The position numbers were made by a program, and so were the translations under genes. Positions 25,899 to 34,013 of a DNA stretch of 64,000 nt are shown here, one piece after another (position 1 is the stretch's first letter; every line of letters starts with the position of its first letter). This stretch comes from Pseudomonadota bacterium. GTDB lineage: Bacteria; Pseudomonadota; Alphaproteobacteria; SHVP01. The DNA lies in assembly GCA_027622715.1 (NCBI GenBank), contig JAQBYN010000017.1:577-64576 (forward strand). The letters are read 5' to 3'. The notes under the pieces are model-generated. The model was not told where the DNA came from. It was given only the letters and a program-made list of their open reading frames with translations, and did not search any database.

Positions 25899-26888
25899 TT
25901 AAAGCAGCTTGGCGTCGTCGACATGGCGGCGCACGCTTTCGGCGAACCAGTCGAATCCGGGGAAATGGAACGCGACGTGGCCGATCGCATTCACCGCGCG
26001 CGAGAATCCGCACAGATATTGAAACTCTTTGCCCACTAGGAACAGCGGAATGTGGCTGCGCTCCAGATCGGATAGTGGACGCACCGTCTCGTAGCCCTCA
26101 AGAAAAACATCCCACAACGCCATGGGCAGATCGTTTTTCTCGATCGACCATCGGTAGCTCATCAATTCTTGGGCAAAGAAATCGACGCCACACGCGTCGA
26201 AATCCATGATCGTGACGTCGTCGTTGGGTCGAATGAAGGCGTTGTGAATGTGAAAGTCGCCGTGAATCGTGCCCGACGGCACGTTGTCGGCGCTTCTTAC
26301 TGCACGGTAGGCCGCGGTGACCGCATCGGCGACCTCGCGGTAATAGGCCAAGTCCACCGGGCGGTGCGCGATGAGTTTCTCCAGATACGGAAACGCCTTG
26401 GCTATGCCGACTTCACGGTCGATCAACGGACCCGATTTGGTCTGCGCCCATGCTTCGGACAGTTTGTGGATCTGACCGAAGATGACGCCCATCTTGCGCG
26501 ATACGCTGGCGGTTGGGTCGGCCGAGAATGCTTTGCCTTCAACAAATGCAAACAGGGCGACCGGGCGCTCGCCTTCCGGACCGGCAACGATCAGGTGCCC
26601 CGACCCGTCCACGCCGCGTTGCGGCACCGGCAGCGGCACACCGCCCGCATCAAGATGCAGCATGAAGTCCATCTGATAGTCGACCTTTTCGACCAATGTC
26701 GTACCGGGACGACAAACCTGCGCGACATATTTCTTGCCCGCTGCCCGCACCAAATAAAAATCGTTCATCCCGCGATGCAGCAGTTCGCACAAGAACGGCG
26801 TGCCCAGCCCGTAGTGCGCGTTGATAGCACCGCCTAACGCCGTGGCATCAAGAATGGTGTGGGCCGCCGGAATGATGTGTTGGTTCAT
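25899..26888 (-). CDS. APH/type II homoserine kinase-like phosphotransferase (paralog 2)
   Basis: Motifs CELLHRGMNDFY, HGDFHIHN and MDFD. RBS GGGGAGG. Confidence 0.9.
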   Translation of the reverse strand: MNQHIIPAAHTILDATALGGAINAHYGLGTPFLCELLHRGMNDFYLVRAAGKKYVAQVCRPGTTLVEKVDYQMDFMLHLDAGGVPLPVPQRGVDGSGHLIVAGPEGERPVALFAFVEGKAFSADPTASVSRKMGVIFGQIHKLSEAWAQTKSGPLIDREVGIAKAFPYLEKLIAHRPVDLAYYREVADAVTAAYRAVRSADNVPSGTIHGDFHIHNAFIRPNDDVTIMDFDACGVDFFAQELMSYRWSIEKNDLPMALWDVFLEGYETVRPLSDLERSHIPLFLVGKEFQYLCGFSRAVNAIGHVAFHFPGFDWFAESVRRHVDDAKLL

Positions 26889-27012
26889 GGTGCCTCCCCG
26901 AATCGCCGCATCCTACCCGTCGGGGGGCGCGAACGCATAGCGCTAGCAACGTGCCAGCAGAAATAGGCGGGCCGCCAGGATACACTTGTCACAACTAAGA
27001 AGGAGAATCGCC

Positions 27013-27390
27013 ATGACCGATACGCCGGGACGTTTTCTTAATCTTCAGACCTGTATTTACCGGGTGAACGACCTGGCCAAAGCCAAGGCCTGGTACACCG
27101 ACGTTCTGGGCGCGCCGCCCTATTTCGACGAGCCATTTTACGTGGGCTTCAGCGTCGCGGGTTTTGAGCTGGGGTTGATGCCCGGCGAAACTCAGAGCGC
27201 CGAGCACCCCGGCGTCTCGTGCTATTGGGGTGTTGCCGACGCGACGGCCGAGCACACCCGGCTTCTCTCCCTGGGTGGGACGGCACTCGAAGAACCGCAT
27301 GACGTCGGCGAAGGCATTGTGGTCGCAGCGGTGCGCGATCCGTTCGGCAATCCGTTCGGCGTGATCTGCAACCCGCACTTCACCAAGTAG
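27013..27390 (+). other. VOC/glyoxalase family protein
   Basis: Motifs IY.V.DL.KAK.WY, PYFDEPFYVGF...G.ELGL and DVG.GI.VA.V.DPFGN. RBS AAGGAG. Confidence 0.92.
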
Positions 27391-27392
27391 GC

Positions 27393-28658
27393 TCAGGTCG
27401 ACCCAAGCACGAGTGCGGCGCGCCGTTCCGCGGCACGGTGGGCATACAGCAGAAGCACGAGGGCGGCGCTGACGCCGATCATCATCCACAGCGCGCCGTC
27501 GAAGCCGCCGGTCACGTCTGAGACCACGCCGATGGTGAGCGGGCCCAGGACACCGCCAATCTCAGCTGCGGAGAAGAACAAACCACCGGCCGCGCCCATG
27601 TGCTGCGCCTCGACACCGCGGGTTTCCATCAGGATAAGCATCGCCACGGCCATCAACGACCCTCGGCCAAGTCCCTGAACCACCAGCGACGCCACGATGC
27701 TGGACATCGCCGGACTGAAGAGCAGGACGGCGCCAACCCCGATACTCACGAACAGGACCAGGAGAATTGGAAATCGCCACCGGGGCGTGGCAAGACGCGG
27801 CACGACGAGTGATCCAACAACCCCGACAGCGACCGGCAGCGCCGCCCACAGGCCCGCCGCCGACGGTGCCATACCGCCATGGCGCAACAATTCAGGGAGC
27901 CAGTTACCCATCCCGTGAAAGAAGAAAAATATGCCGACGCTCATCGCCAGTACAAGGCCCACGGAGGGAATGCGGAGCAGCTTGCCGAAGACGGCGATTT
28001 GGTCGCCCATGGTCCCGCCCCGCTTGTTAGTCGCCTCCACCGAGCGGTTGATCGGATTTGTCGCGACGACCAACCAGGCAAAACCGGCCGCCACGATCAG
28101 GCCCGTGTGAATCAGCAACACGGAACGCCATTCGCCGCCGACGAGGGGCAACAAGACGCTGTTGGTCAACGATAGCGACAGAACGCTCCCAAGCGCTGGC
28201 CCTGTGATGTAAATCCCCATGGCGAGGCCGCGCTCCTTGCCTTGAAACCATTGAGCAATGGCCTTCGGGGCGCCGATCGAGATGAGTGGGCCGCCGATAC
28301 CGAAGAGTCCGACCGCGAAGAACATGGTCAGGTAGTCCGGCGCAACCGACCTTAAACCGCCGGACATGGCCATGATCATTGCCGCGAGGAAAAGCGACCA
28401 TTTCAGTCCCACGCGATCGACAAACGCGCCGCATGGAATCGCCACGACGATATAGACCAGCGGCCAAGCACCGAGAATGCTCCCCATCGCTGTATGGCTG
28501 ATGCCGAGATCGTTGGTGATCCGCGCGAGCATCGGCGCCATCGCGGCCGACAGCAGGCCGAACGAGAAATAGATCAACCAGACGCCGCCGAGCATGGCCC
28601 AACGAAAGGGATGTTCGTGCGGCGTGATCGCTGCCTCGGACGTTGACGCGATATTCAG
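27393..28658 (-). CDS. MFS transporter, CynX-like (tandem paralog B)
   Basis: About 12 TM segments and collinear with the upstream paralog. Homology (HEHPFRW vs HETSYRW) extends upstream of ATG 28595 to a CTG at 28658 preceded by GGGGAG. Confidence 0.88.
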   Translation of the reverse strand: MNIASTSEAAITPHEHPFRWAMLGGVWLIYFSFGLLSAAMAPMLARITNDLGISHTAMGSILGAWPLVYIVVAIPCGAFVDRVGLKWSLFLAAMIMAMSGGLRSVAPDYLTMFFAVGLFGIGGPLISIGAPKAIAQWFQGKERGLAMGIYITGPALGSVLSLSLTNSVLLPLVGGEWRSVLLIHTGLIVAAGFAWLVVATNPINRSVEATNKRGGTMGDQIAVFGKLLRIPSVGLVLAMSVGIFFFFHGMGNWLPELLRHGGMAPSAAGLWAALPVAVGVVGSLVVPRLATPRWRFPILLVLFVSIGVGAVLLFSPAMSSIVASLVVQGLGRGSLMAVAMLILMETRGVEAQHMGAAGGLFFSAAEIGGVLGPLTIGVVSDVTGGFDGALWMMIGVSAALVLLLYAHRAAERRAALVLGST

Positions 28659-28670
28659 AATCTCACTCCC

Positions 28671-29939
28671 CTAGGAAATCGCCGCGGTCGCTGTCTCTCG
28701 TCGCACCACACGGCGATGCGCCGCCAGCAGCAATACCAGAACAACGCTCACCACCGCTAACACCAATAGCGGTGCGGCAAATGTTCCGGTGACCTCAAAC
28801 AGGACGCCGAAACTGAGTGGACCGAAGACCCCGCCAATCTCCGCCGCCGTGAAAAAGAGCCCGCCCGCCGCGCCGATCTGGTGGCTGGCGACCCCACGCG
28901 TGTCCATCAGCGTCATGAGTGCGACGGTCATCAGCGCGCCCCGCGCAATGCCATGCGCGACAAAGGCGGCGCCGAGAAGAACCGGATTCGGCGACATCAG
29001 AAAGACCGCGCCCAAACCCATGCAGAGAAATAGCATCAACAAAACGGCAGTCCGCCGCTCCGGCGTCGCCAGGCGCGACACGATCAGCGAAGCGACAACG
29101 CCAACGGCGACCGGTGCCGAGGCCAACAACCCTGCCGGGCCAGCGGCGATGCCGTGGGCGATTAGGATTTCCGGCAACCAATTGGTTGTCGCGTCGTAGA
29201 AGTAGAAAATCCCCACACTCATCGCGAGGATGAGGACGACGGCCGGTACTCTCAGAAGATTGGCGTAGACCGCGACCTGATGGCGGATCGTGCCACGACC
29301 GCCCGCCTCGTCACCGGTATCGGCCTGGCGAAACGCGGCCCGGGACGAGAGCGCGAGCCAGTAGAGTCCGCCTGCCACCATGAACACCGCATAAATCGCC
29401 AGCACCAGCCGCCACCGCCCGCCGGTGAGCGGCATCAGCACCGTGTTCGACGTCGCCAATGCGGCGATTCCACCGAGCGCAGGGCCGGTGAAGTAGATGC
29501 CCATCGCCAACCCCCGCTCGCGCCCGCTGAACCATTTGGCGATCGCTTTCGGGGTGGTGATCGACAGCAACGGTCCGCCGATTCCAAATAACGCGACGGC
29601 GAAGAACAGGCTCCAGAAATCAACGGCCAGCCCGCGCGTGATCGCCGATACCGCCATGATCGCGGCCGCGATCAACAAGGACCGCCGGGTCCCAAGCCGG
29701 TCGACCAGCGCGCCGCACGGGATCGACGCAAACACATAGAACAGCGGCCACGCGCTGAGCACGGTGCCCATTGCCGAATAACTTAGTCCCAGCGCGGCAC
29801 TTACCGGCCCCACCAACGGCGCCAGCCCGTTTATCTGAAGACCGAAGGAGAAATAGATCAGCCAAATGCCGCTAAGAACCACCCAGCGGTACGACGTTTC
29901 GTGCGCCACCGGCGAGGGCGCCACGGTCACGGTCGTCAC
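28671..29939 (-). CDS. MFS transporter, CynX-like (tandem paralog A)
   Basis: Motifs G.WLIYFSFGL, PCGALVDRLG, PKAIA.WF.G.ERGLAMGIY and AAGGLFF.AAEIGGV. Confidence 0.9.
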   Translation of the reverse strand: MTTVTVAPSPVAHETSYRWVVLSGIWLIYFSFGLQINGLAPLVGPVSAALGLSYSAMGTVLSAWPLFYVFASIPCGALVDRLGTRRSLLIAAAIMAVSAITRGLAVDFWSLFFAVALFGIGGPLLSITTPKAIAKWFSGRERGLAMGIYFTGPALGGIAALATSNTVLMPLTGGRWRLVLAIYAVFMVAGGLYWLALSSRAAFRQADTGDEAGGRGTIRHQVAVYANLLRVPAVVLILAMSVGIFYFYDATTNWLPEILIAHGIAAGPAGLLASAPVAVGVVASLIVSRLATPERRTAVLLMLFLCMGLGAVFLMSPNPVLLGAAFVAHGIARGALMTVALMTLMDTRGVASHQIGAAGGLFFTAAEIGGVFGPLSFGVLFEVTGTFAAPLLVLAVVSVVLVLLLAAHRRVVRRETATAAIS

Positions 29940-29948
29940 GCGCGGTGT

Positions 29949-30932
29949 CTAAAGAATGCCCAAGGCACCGATGTGTCGCCGCGTCCGTTCGCCGAACCAA
30001 TCAAGATCGGGATTGAGGAGCGTCGTGTGCCCCACGGCATTTACGTTTCCGGCAAAGCCGATCAAAAAGCGCAACTCCTTGGCTGCGTAGAACAGCGGCA
30101 TCAACGCACGTTCAGCTGCGCTCATCGGGCGGGTGCTTTCGTATCCCGCCACAAAGGACTGGTTGATGGCATCGTCGACTCCGCCGATGTAATCGTTGGC
30201 CCAAGTGAAACTGCTGATCTCCGCGGCCCAGTGGTCGACGCCGCAATTATCGAAGTCCAGCAGGACAATCTCGCCGTTGTCGATGAAGGCGTTGAAGCTG
30301 TGAAAGTCGCCGTGGCTCGGCCCCTTGGGCGCGTCCGCCTCGGGGAGCCGCTTCAACGCATTGGCGATTGCGTCGACCGCCCGCGCATACCATGCGCTGT
30401 CCCCCGCGCGGTGCGCCACCATGCGCTGTAGGTCCGGCAGGCCGCGCCGCAATTGCCCGCTGCTATCGACCTGCCGCACCTCTTTGGGCGCGAACTTTTT
30501 GGCAGTCACGTGCAACCGCCCAAATAGTGCGCCCAAGCGGTGCGCGGTCTCGGGATAGGGGTTATCGGCAAATGGCGCCCCAGCCGCCCAACGGAACAAC
30601 GACAGATAGCGCGCGCCTTCTGGCGCACGCAGTGGAACGTATAGCGCGCCGTCGCGCGTCGGCAACGCCGCTGGCACCGGGATGCCGGCATCGTCGAGGA
30701 AGTTGAGAAATGCCGTTTCATAGGCGACGTCGGCTTCGCTGCGAAATCCAGAGCGCCACACACGGCTCGCATAGGTCGTCTCGCCGCCGCGAATGAGATA
30801 CACGTCGTTCATCCCGCGCGTCAGCAATTCGCAGTGGACCGGTTGCGGCAAGTCGTAGGCCCCGGCGATGAGATCACGCAGCGCGGGTGAATCAAGAATT
30901 GAGTGCGCAATCGGCAAAACCTTGGCGGCCAT
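29949..30932 (-). CDS. APH/type II homoserine kinase-like phosphotransferase (paralog 3)
   Basis: Motifs CELLTRGMNDVY, HGDFHSFN and LDFD. Start re-assigned to ATG 30932. Confidence 0.9.
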   Translation of the reverse strand: MAAKVLPIAHSILDSPALRDLIAGAYDLPQPVHCELLTRGMNDVYLIRGGETTYASRVWRSGFRSEADVAYETAFLNFLDDAGIPVPAALPTRDGALYVPLRAPEGARYLSLFRWAAGAPFADNPYPETAHRLGALFGRLHVTAKKFAPKEVRQVDSSGQLRRGLPDLQRMVAHRAGDSAWYARAVDAIANALKRLPEADAPKGPSHGDFHSFNAFIDNGEIVLLDFDNCGVDHWAAEISSFTWANDYIGGVDDAINQSFVAGYESTRPMSAAERALMPLFYAAKELRFLIGFAGNVNAVGHTTLLNPDLDWFGERTRRHIGALGIL

Positions 30933-31115
30933 CGTCGTGTCCTTGGGTGTCAGGGGAATCGTCGAAGAACGGGCCGCAGTGTAAGGGGCCGGGCCGCCGC
31001 CACCAATCACCTTCGCTCACGTTGCCCAACCCACGAGGTTTGTGGCGGTTTCGGTGGACAAGGCGCGCAGTCGCTGCATATTGCTAGGCCACCCCCGCGC
31101 GTTCCCGGAGACCCC

Positions 31116-31757
31116 ATGCGGCTTTCGCCCACTGAGACCGATGTTTTACTGGTCATTGACGTGCAAAACGACTTTTGCACGGGCGGCGCGCTGGCCGTTC
31201 CAAATGGCGACGACATTGTGCCGATTATTAACCGCTTGCAGGATCGTTTCCCGAATGTCGTCCTGACGCAGGACTGGCACCCCGCCGACCACACGTCATT
31301 CGCCTCGCAGCACAAAGGCAAAAACGCATTCGATACGGTGACAGCGGCTTATGGCGCGCAGGTGTTATGGCCGGATCATTGCGTACAGAACACGCCTGGC
31401 GCGGACCTCCACGCAGATCTCGCATCAGCTCACGCTCAACTCATCATCCGCAAGGGGTTTCGCCGGGCCGTCGACTCATACTCGGCGTTCTTTGAGAATG
31501 ATCGGACCACGCCGACTGGTCTTACCGGATACCTACGCGAGCGCGGGATCGACCGCGTGTTTTTGACCGGACTCGCGACCGACGTGTGCGTCCGGTTCAG
31601 CGCGATGGATGCGCGCAACGAGGGGTTCGACACCTTGCTTATCATCGACGCCTGTCGCGGGCTGAGTGACGACGCCGTCAGCAAGGCCGTTACCGCAATG
31701 AAGGAGGCCGGGGTGCGCATCATGGAATCTTTTGCCGTCACCGGGGTCGCGGCATGA
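31116..31757 (+). CDS. pncA: Nicotinamidase/pyrazinamidase
   Basis: Motifs IDVQNDFC.GGALAV, TQDWHP.DH.SF, LWPDHCVQ, RKG....DSYSAF and GLATD.CV. Start ATG 31116. Confidence 0.95.
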   Translation: MRLSPTETDVLLVIDVQNDFCTGGALAVPNGDDIVPIINRLQDRFPNVVLTQDWHPADHTSFASQHKGKNAFDTVTAAYGAQVLWPDHCVQNTPGADLHADLASAHAQLIIRKGFRRAVDSYSAFFENDRTTPTGLTGYLRERGIDRVFLTGLATDVCVRFSAMDARNEGFDTLLIIDACRGLSDDAVSKAVTAMKEAGVRIMESFAVTGVAA

Positions 31758-32737
31758 CCCAATTTGTCACCCTGGACGAAATTCGCGCCGCGCATGACAG
31801 CCTGCCCGGGATCATTCGCCGCACACCGATTGTGCCGCTGGCGCGGGACTCTGGCGAAGTGGGCCGCGAATCGCTGTTCCTCAAGCTGGAGAATCTTCAA
31901 GTCACCGGCGCCTACAAGGTGCGCGCGGCGTTCAACATGATCCGCGTGTTGGGGCCGCAAAATCTCAAACGCGGGTTGGTCCTCACTTCTTCAGGGAACT
32001 TCGCGCAGGCGTTCGCGTTGGCGGGGCGGCTCTATGATGTGCCGATCGTCGTGGTGATGATGGACCGCACCAGCCCGTTCAAGGTCGAGGCGGCACGCGG
32101 CTATGGCGCTGAAGTGGTGTTTTGCGGCGATGATGCCTTGGCCCGCCAACCGACCGCCGAACGGGTCGCGACCGAACGCGGCATGACTGTCATCGACACC
32201 TGGGAGGAACGCCCCATCCCGGCCGGCCACGGCAGCATCGGCCTGGAATTGCTCGAACAAATGCCCGACGTCGCATGCGTGTTGGCACCCGTGAGCAGCA
32301 GCGGCCTCATTGCCGGCGTCGCGACGGCGATCAAAGAAACCGCGCCGCACGTCAAGGTAATCGGCGTCCAGCCTGAGCGCGCCAACGCGGCCTATGTCTC
32401 GCGTGAGCGCGGCGTGCCCACGACAATCGACTACTGGGACAGCATGGCGGATGGGTTGTCGGCCGTGCGACCCGGCGCGTTTCCGTTCGCGCATGTGCAA
32501 CGCTACGTCGACGATATCGTTCTGATTGGCGAAGCCGACATCGCTGCCGCGTTTCGCACCTTGCTTTATCGCGGCAAGGTCTTGGGCGAGCCTGCCGGGG
32601 TGGTAGCGGCAGCTGGCTTTCTGTCGGGCCGCGTTCCTTCCGACCAAAAGACCGTTGCGCTAGTCACCGGTGGGAACATTGCCCCAGACCTGGTTCGCCA
32701 TTTGTTGTCCGACCCGAGCGAGCACTCTCCACAATAA
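31754..32737 (+). CDS. PLP-dependent threonine/serine dehydratase or serine racemase-like protein
   Basis: Motifs LKLENLQ.TG.YK.R, SSGN.AQA, IGVQPE, ADGL and TGGN. ATGA overlap with pncA. Confidence 0.9.
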   Translation: MTQFVTLDEIRAAHDSLPGIIRRTPIVPLARDSGEVGRESLFLKLENLQVTGAYKVRAAFNMIRVLGPQNLKRGLVLTSSGNFAQAFALAGRLYDVPIVVVMMDRTSPFKVEAARGYGAEVVFCGDDALARQPTAERVATERGMTVIDTWEERPIPAGHGSIGLELLEQMPDVACVLAPVSSSGLIAGVATAIKETAPHVKVIGVQPERANAAYVSRERGVPTTIDYWDSMADGLSAVRPGAFPFAHVQRYVDDIVLIGEADIAAAFRTLLYRGKVLGEPAGVVAAAGFLSGRVPSDQKTVALVTGGNIAPDLVRHLLSDPSEHSPQ

Positions 32738-32769
32738 GAAAGGACCGCCCAGTTGCCTGCGGCGGTCCT
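32733..32769 (-). terminator. Intrinsic terminator, U-tract on the minus strand
   Basis: AGGACCGCC/GGCGGTCCT 9-bp stem; the minus strand continues TTCTTATT. Confidence 0.75.
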
Positions 32770-32889
32770 AATCTCGGATGTGGCGAATGACTGCGTTAGG
32801 GGGGAGTCATTCGGCCATCCAACCTAGCGAATATCCATCTCTCGCAACACAGGGGCCGGGAGGCAGCGGGAGCGGATGTTCAGCTTAGG
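32733..32889 (-). ncRNA. Candidate 3'UTR-derived sRNA with two C-rich-loop hairpins plus terminator
   Basis: Hairpin 1 (32823-32889) has loop UGCCUCCCGGCCCC. Hairpin 2 (32776-32820) has loop CCCCCCUAACGC. The terminator follows. Folded by eye. Confidence 0.5.
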
Positions 32890-32997
32890 CTATTTCTTCC
32901 CGAAGCCGGGTTTCGCCGCAGGTTTCGCAGAAACGCCAGGTTTTGCGGCGGGCTTCGCAGACGACGCGGGCTTCGCGCCGGGTTTCTTCGTGTCCAT
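32890..32997 (-). CDS. 35-aa Lys/Pro/Ala-rich repeat micropeptide MDTKKPGAKPASSAKPAAKPGVSAKPAAKPGFGKK
   Basis: RBS GGAGAG 8 nt before ATG; stop TAG. The peptide repeat is preserved while codons vary synonymously (AAG CCC/AAA CCT/AAA CCC). Below the ORF-track size cutoff. Confidence 0.75.
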   Translation of the reverse strand: MDTKKPGAKPASSAKPAAKPGVSAKPAAKPGFGKK

Positions 32998-33090
32998 GTG
33001 AGGTGCTCTCCAATAAACCAGCATGTGCTGGCAGAAGTATTTATAGATCACGCCCTACCATCGGACAATCAAATGTTTTAAGTACTTAAT

Positions 33091-33105
33091 ATCGATTTTT
33101 ACGAT
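33091..33105. promoter_or_regulatory. LysR-type T-N11-A recognition site
   Basis: ATCG-ATTTTTA-CGAT palindrome immediately upstream of the LysR gene in an AT-rich divergent spacer. Confidence 0.7.
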
Positions 33106-33113
33106 GGTATGTC

Positions 33114-34013
33114 ATGGACGACACACAGGCGCGCACCTTCCTCGAAATCATCGAGGCGGGCACATTTGTGGCGGCGGCTGAACGGTTAAACGTCACGCAA
33201 TCCACCGTCAGCGCACGGATAAAGGAACTTGAACTGACGCTTGGGCGACCGCTTTTTCTTCGCGGTCGTGCGGGGGCGACGCTCACGCCCGCCGGGCACC
33301 GGCTGCGCCGTCACGCCACCGCGATCCTGCGCGTGTGGCAACAAGCAAAGCAGGAGGTCGCGCTGCCGGCGGCATATCGCGCGAGCTTGCGCATCGGCGG
33401 CCAACTCAGTTTGTGGGACCGCGTCCTGGTACGTTGGTTGGGCCGCCTCCGCGCGGAGATGCCGGATGTCGCGTTGCAGGGCGAGGTAACCCAGCCCGAA
33501 GGCCTCATGCGGCAAATGACCGAGGGCTTTCTAGACGTCGCCATTCTTTACTCGCCGGAATCTCGGTCGGGGCTCATCGTCGAGCCCCTTCTCGAAGAGA
33601 CGCTGGAGCTGGTGAGCAGCGCGGCGAATTACGCCGACTCGCCCAACGTTCCTTATGTCTTTGTCGACTGGGGACCGGAGTTCCTGAATAGCCATCAACA
33701 AATCTTTGCTGACACCGAAACCCCTGGGCTTCACGTGAGCGTCGGAGTCATTGGCCTGCAATACATTTTGGAGTTTGGGGGGGCCGGCTATTTTCCGACC
33801 CGCGTGGTTCAACCGCTTATCGAGCGCGGCAGACTCTTTCGCGTCGAGGGCACGCCGTCTTTCGCGCGGCCGGCGTTCGCGGTGTACCGCAGCGACGACA
33901 AGAGTGCCGAGCTTGCTGCTGCGCTGGTTTGTTTGCGGACTCTTATCGCCGAAGAACCGGCGATCCACCCCGACGCGGTCAGCGCTTCTTCTTCGCCGCC
34001 GCTGCCTTCCTGA
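33114..34013 (+). CDS. LysR family transcriptional regulator, HdfR-like
   Basis: HTH F..AAERLNVTQSTVSARI..LE..LG..LF.R, plus W.QA.QEV and YV.VDWGPEF as in HdfR. Confidence 0.93.
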   Translation: MDDTQARTFLEIIEAGTFVAAAERLNVTQSTVSARIKELELTLGRPLFLRGRAGATLTPAGHRLRRHATAILRVWQQAKQEVALPAAYRASLRIGGQLSLWDRVLVRWLGRLRAEMPDVALQGEVTQPEGLMRQMTEGFLDVAILYSPESRSGLIVEPLLEETLELVSSAANYADSPNVPYVFVDWGPEFLNSHQQIFADTETPGLHVSVGVIGLQYILEFGGAGYFPTRVVQPLIERGRLFRVEGTPSFARPAFAVYRSDDKSAELAAALVCLRTLIAEEPAIHPDAVSASSSPPLPS

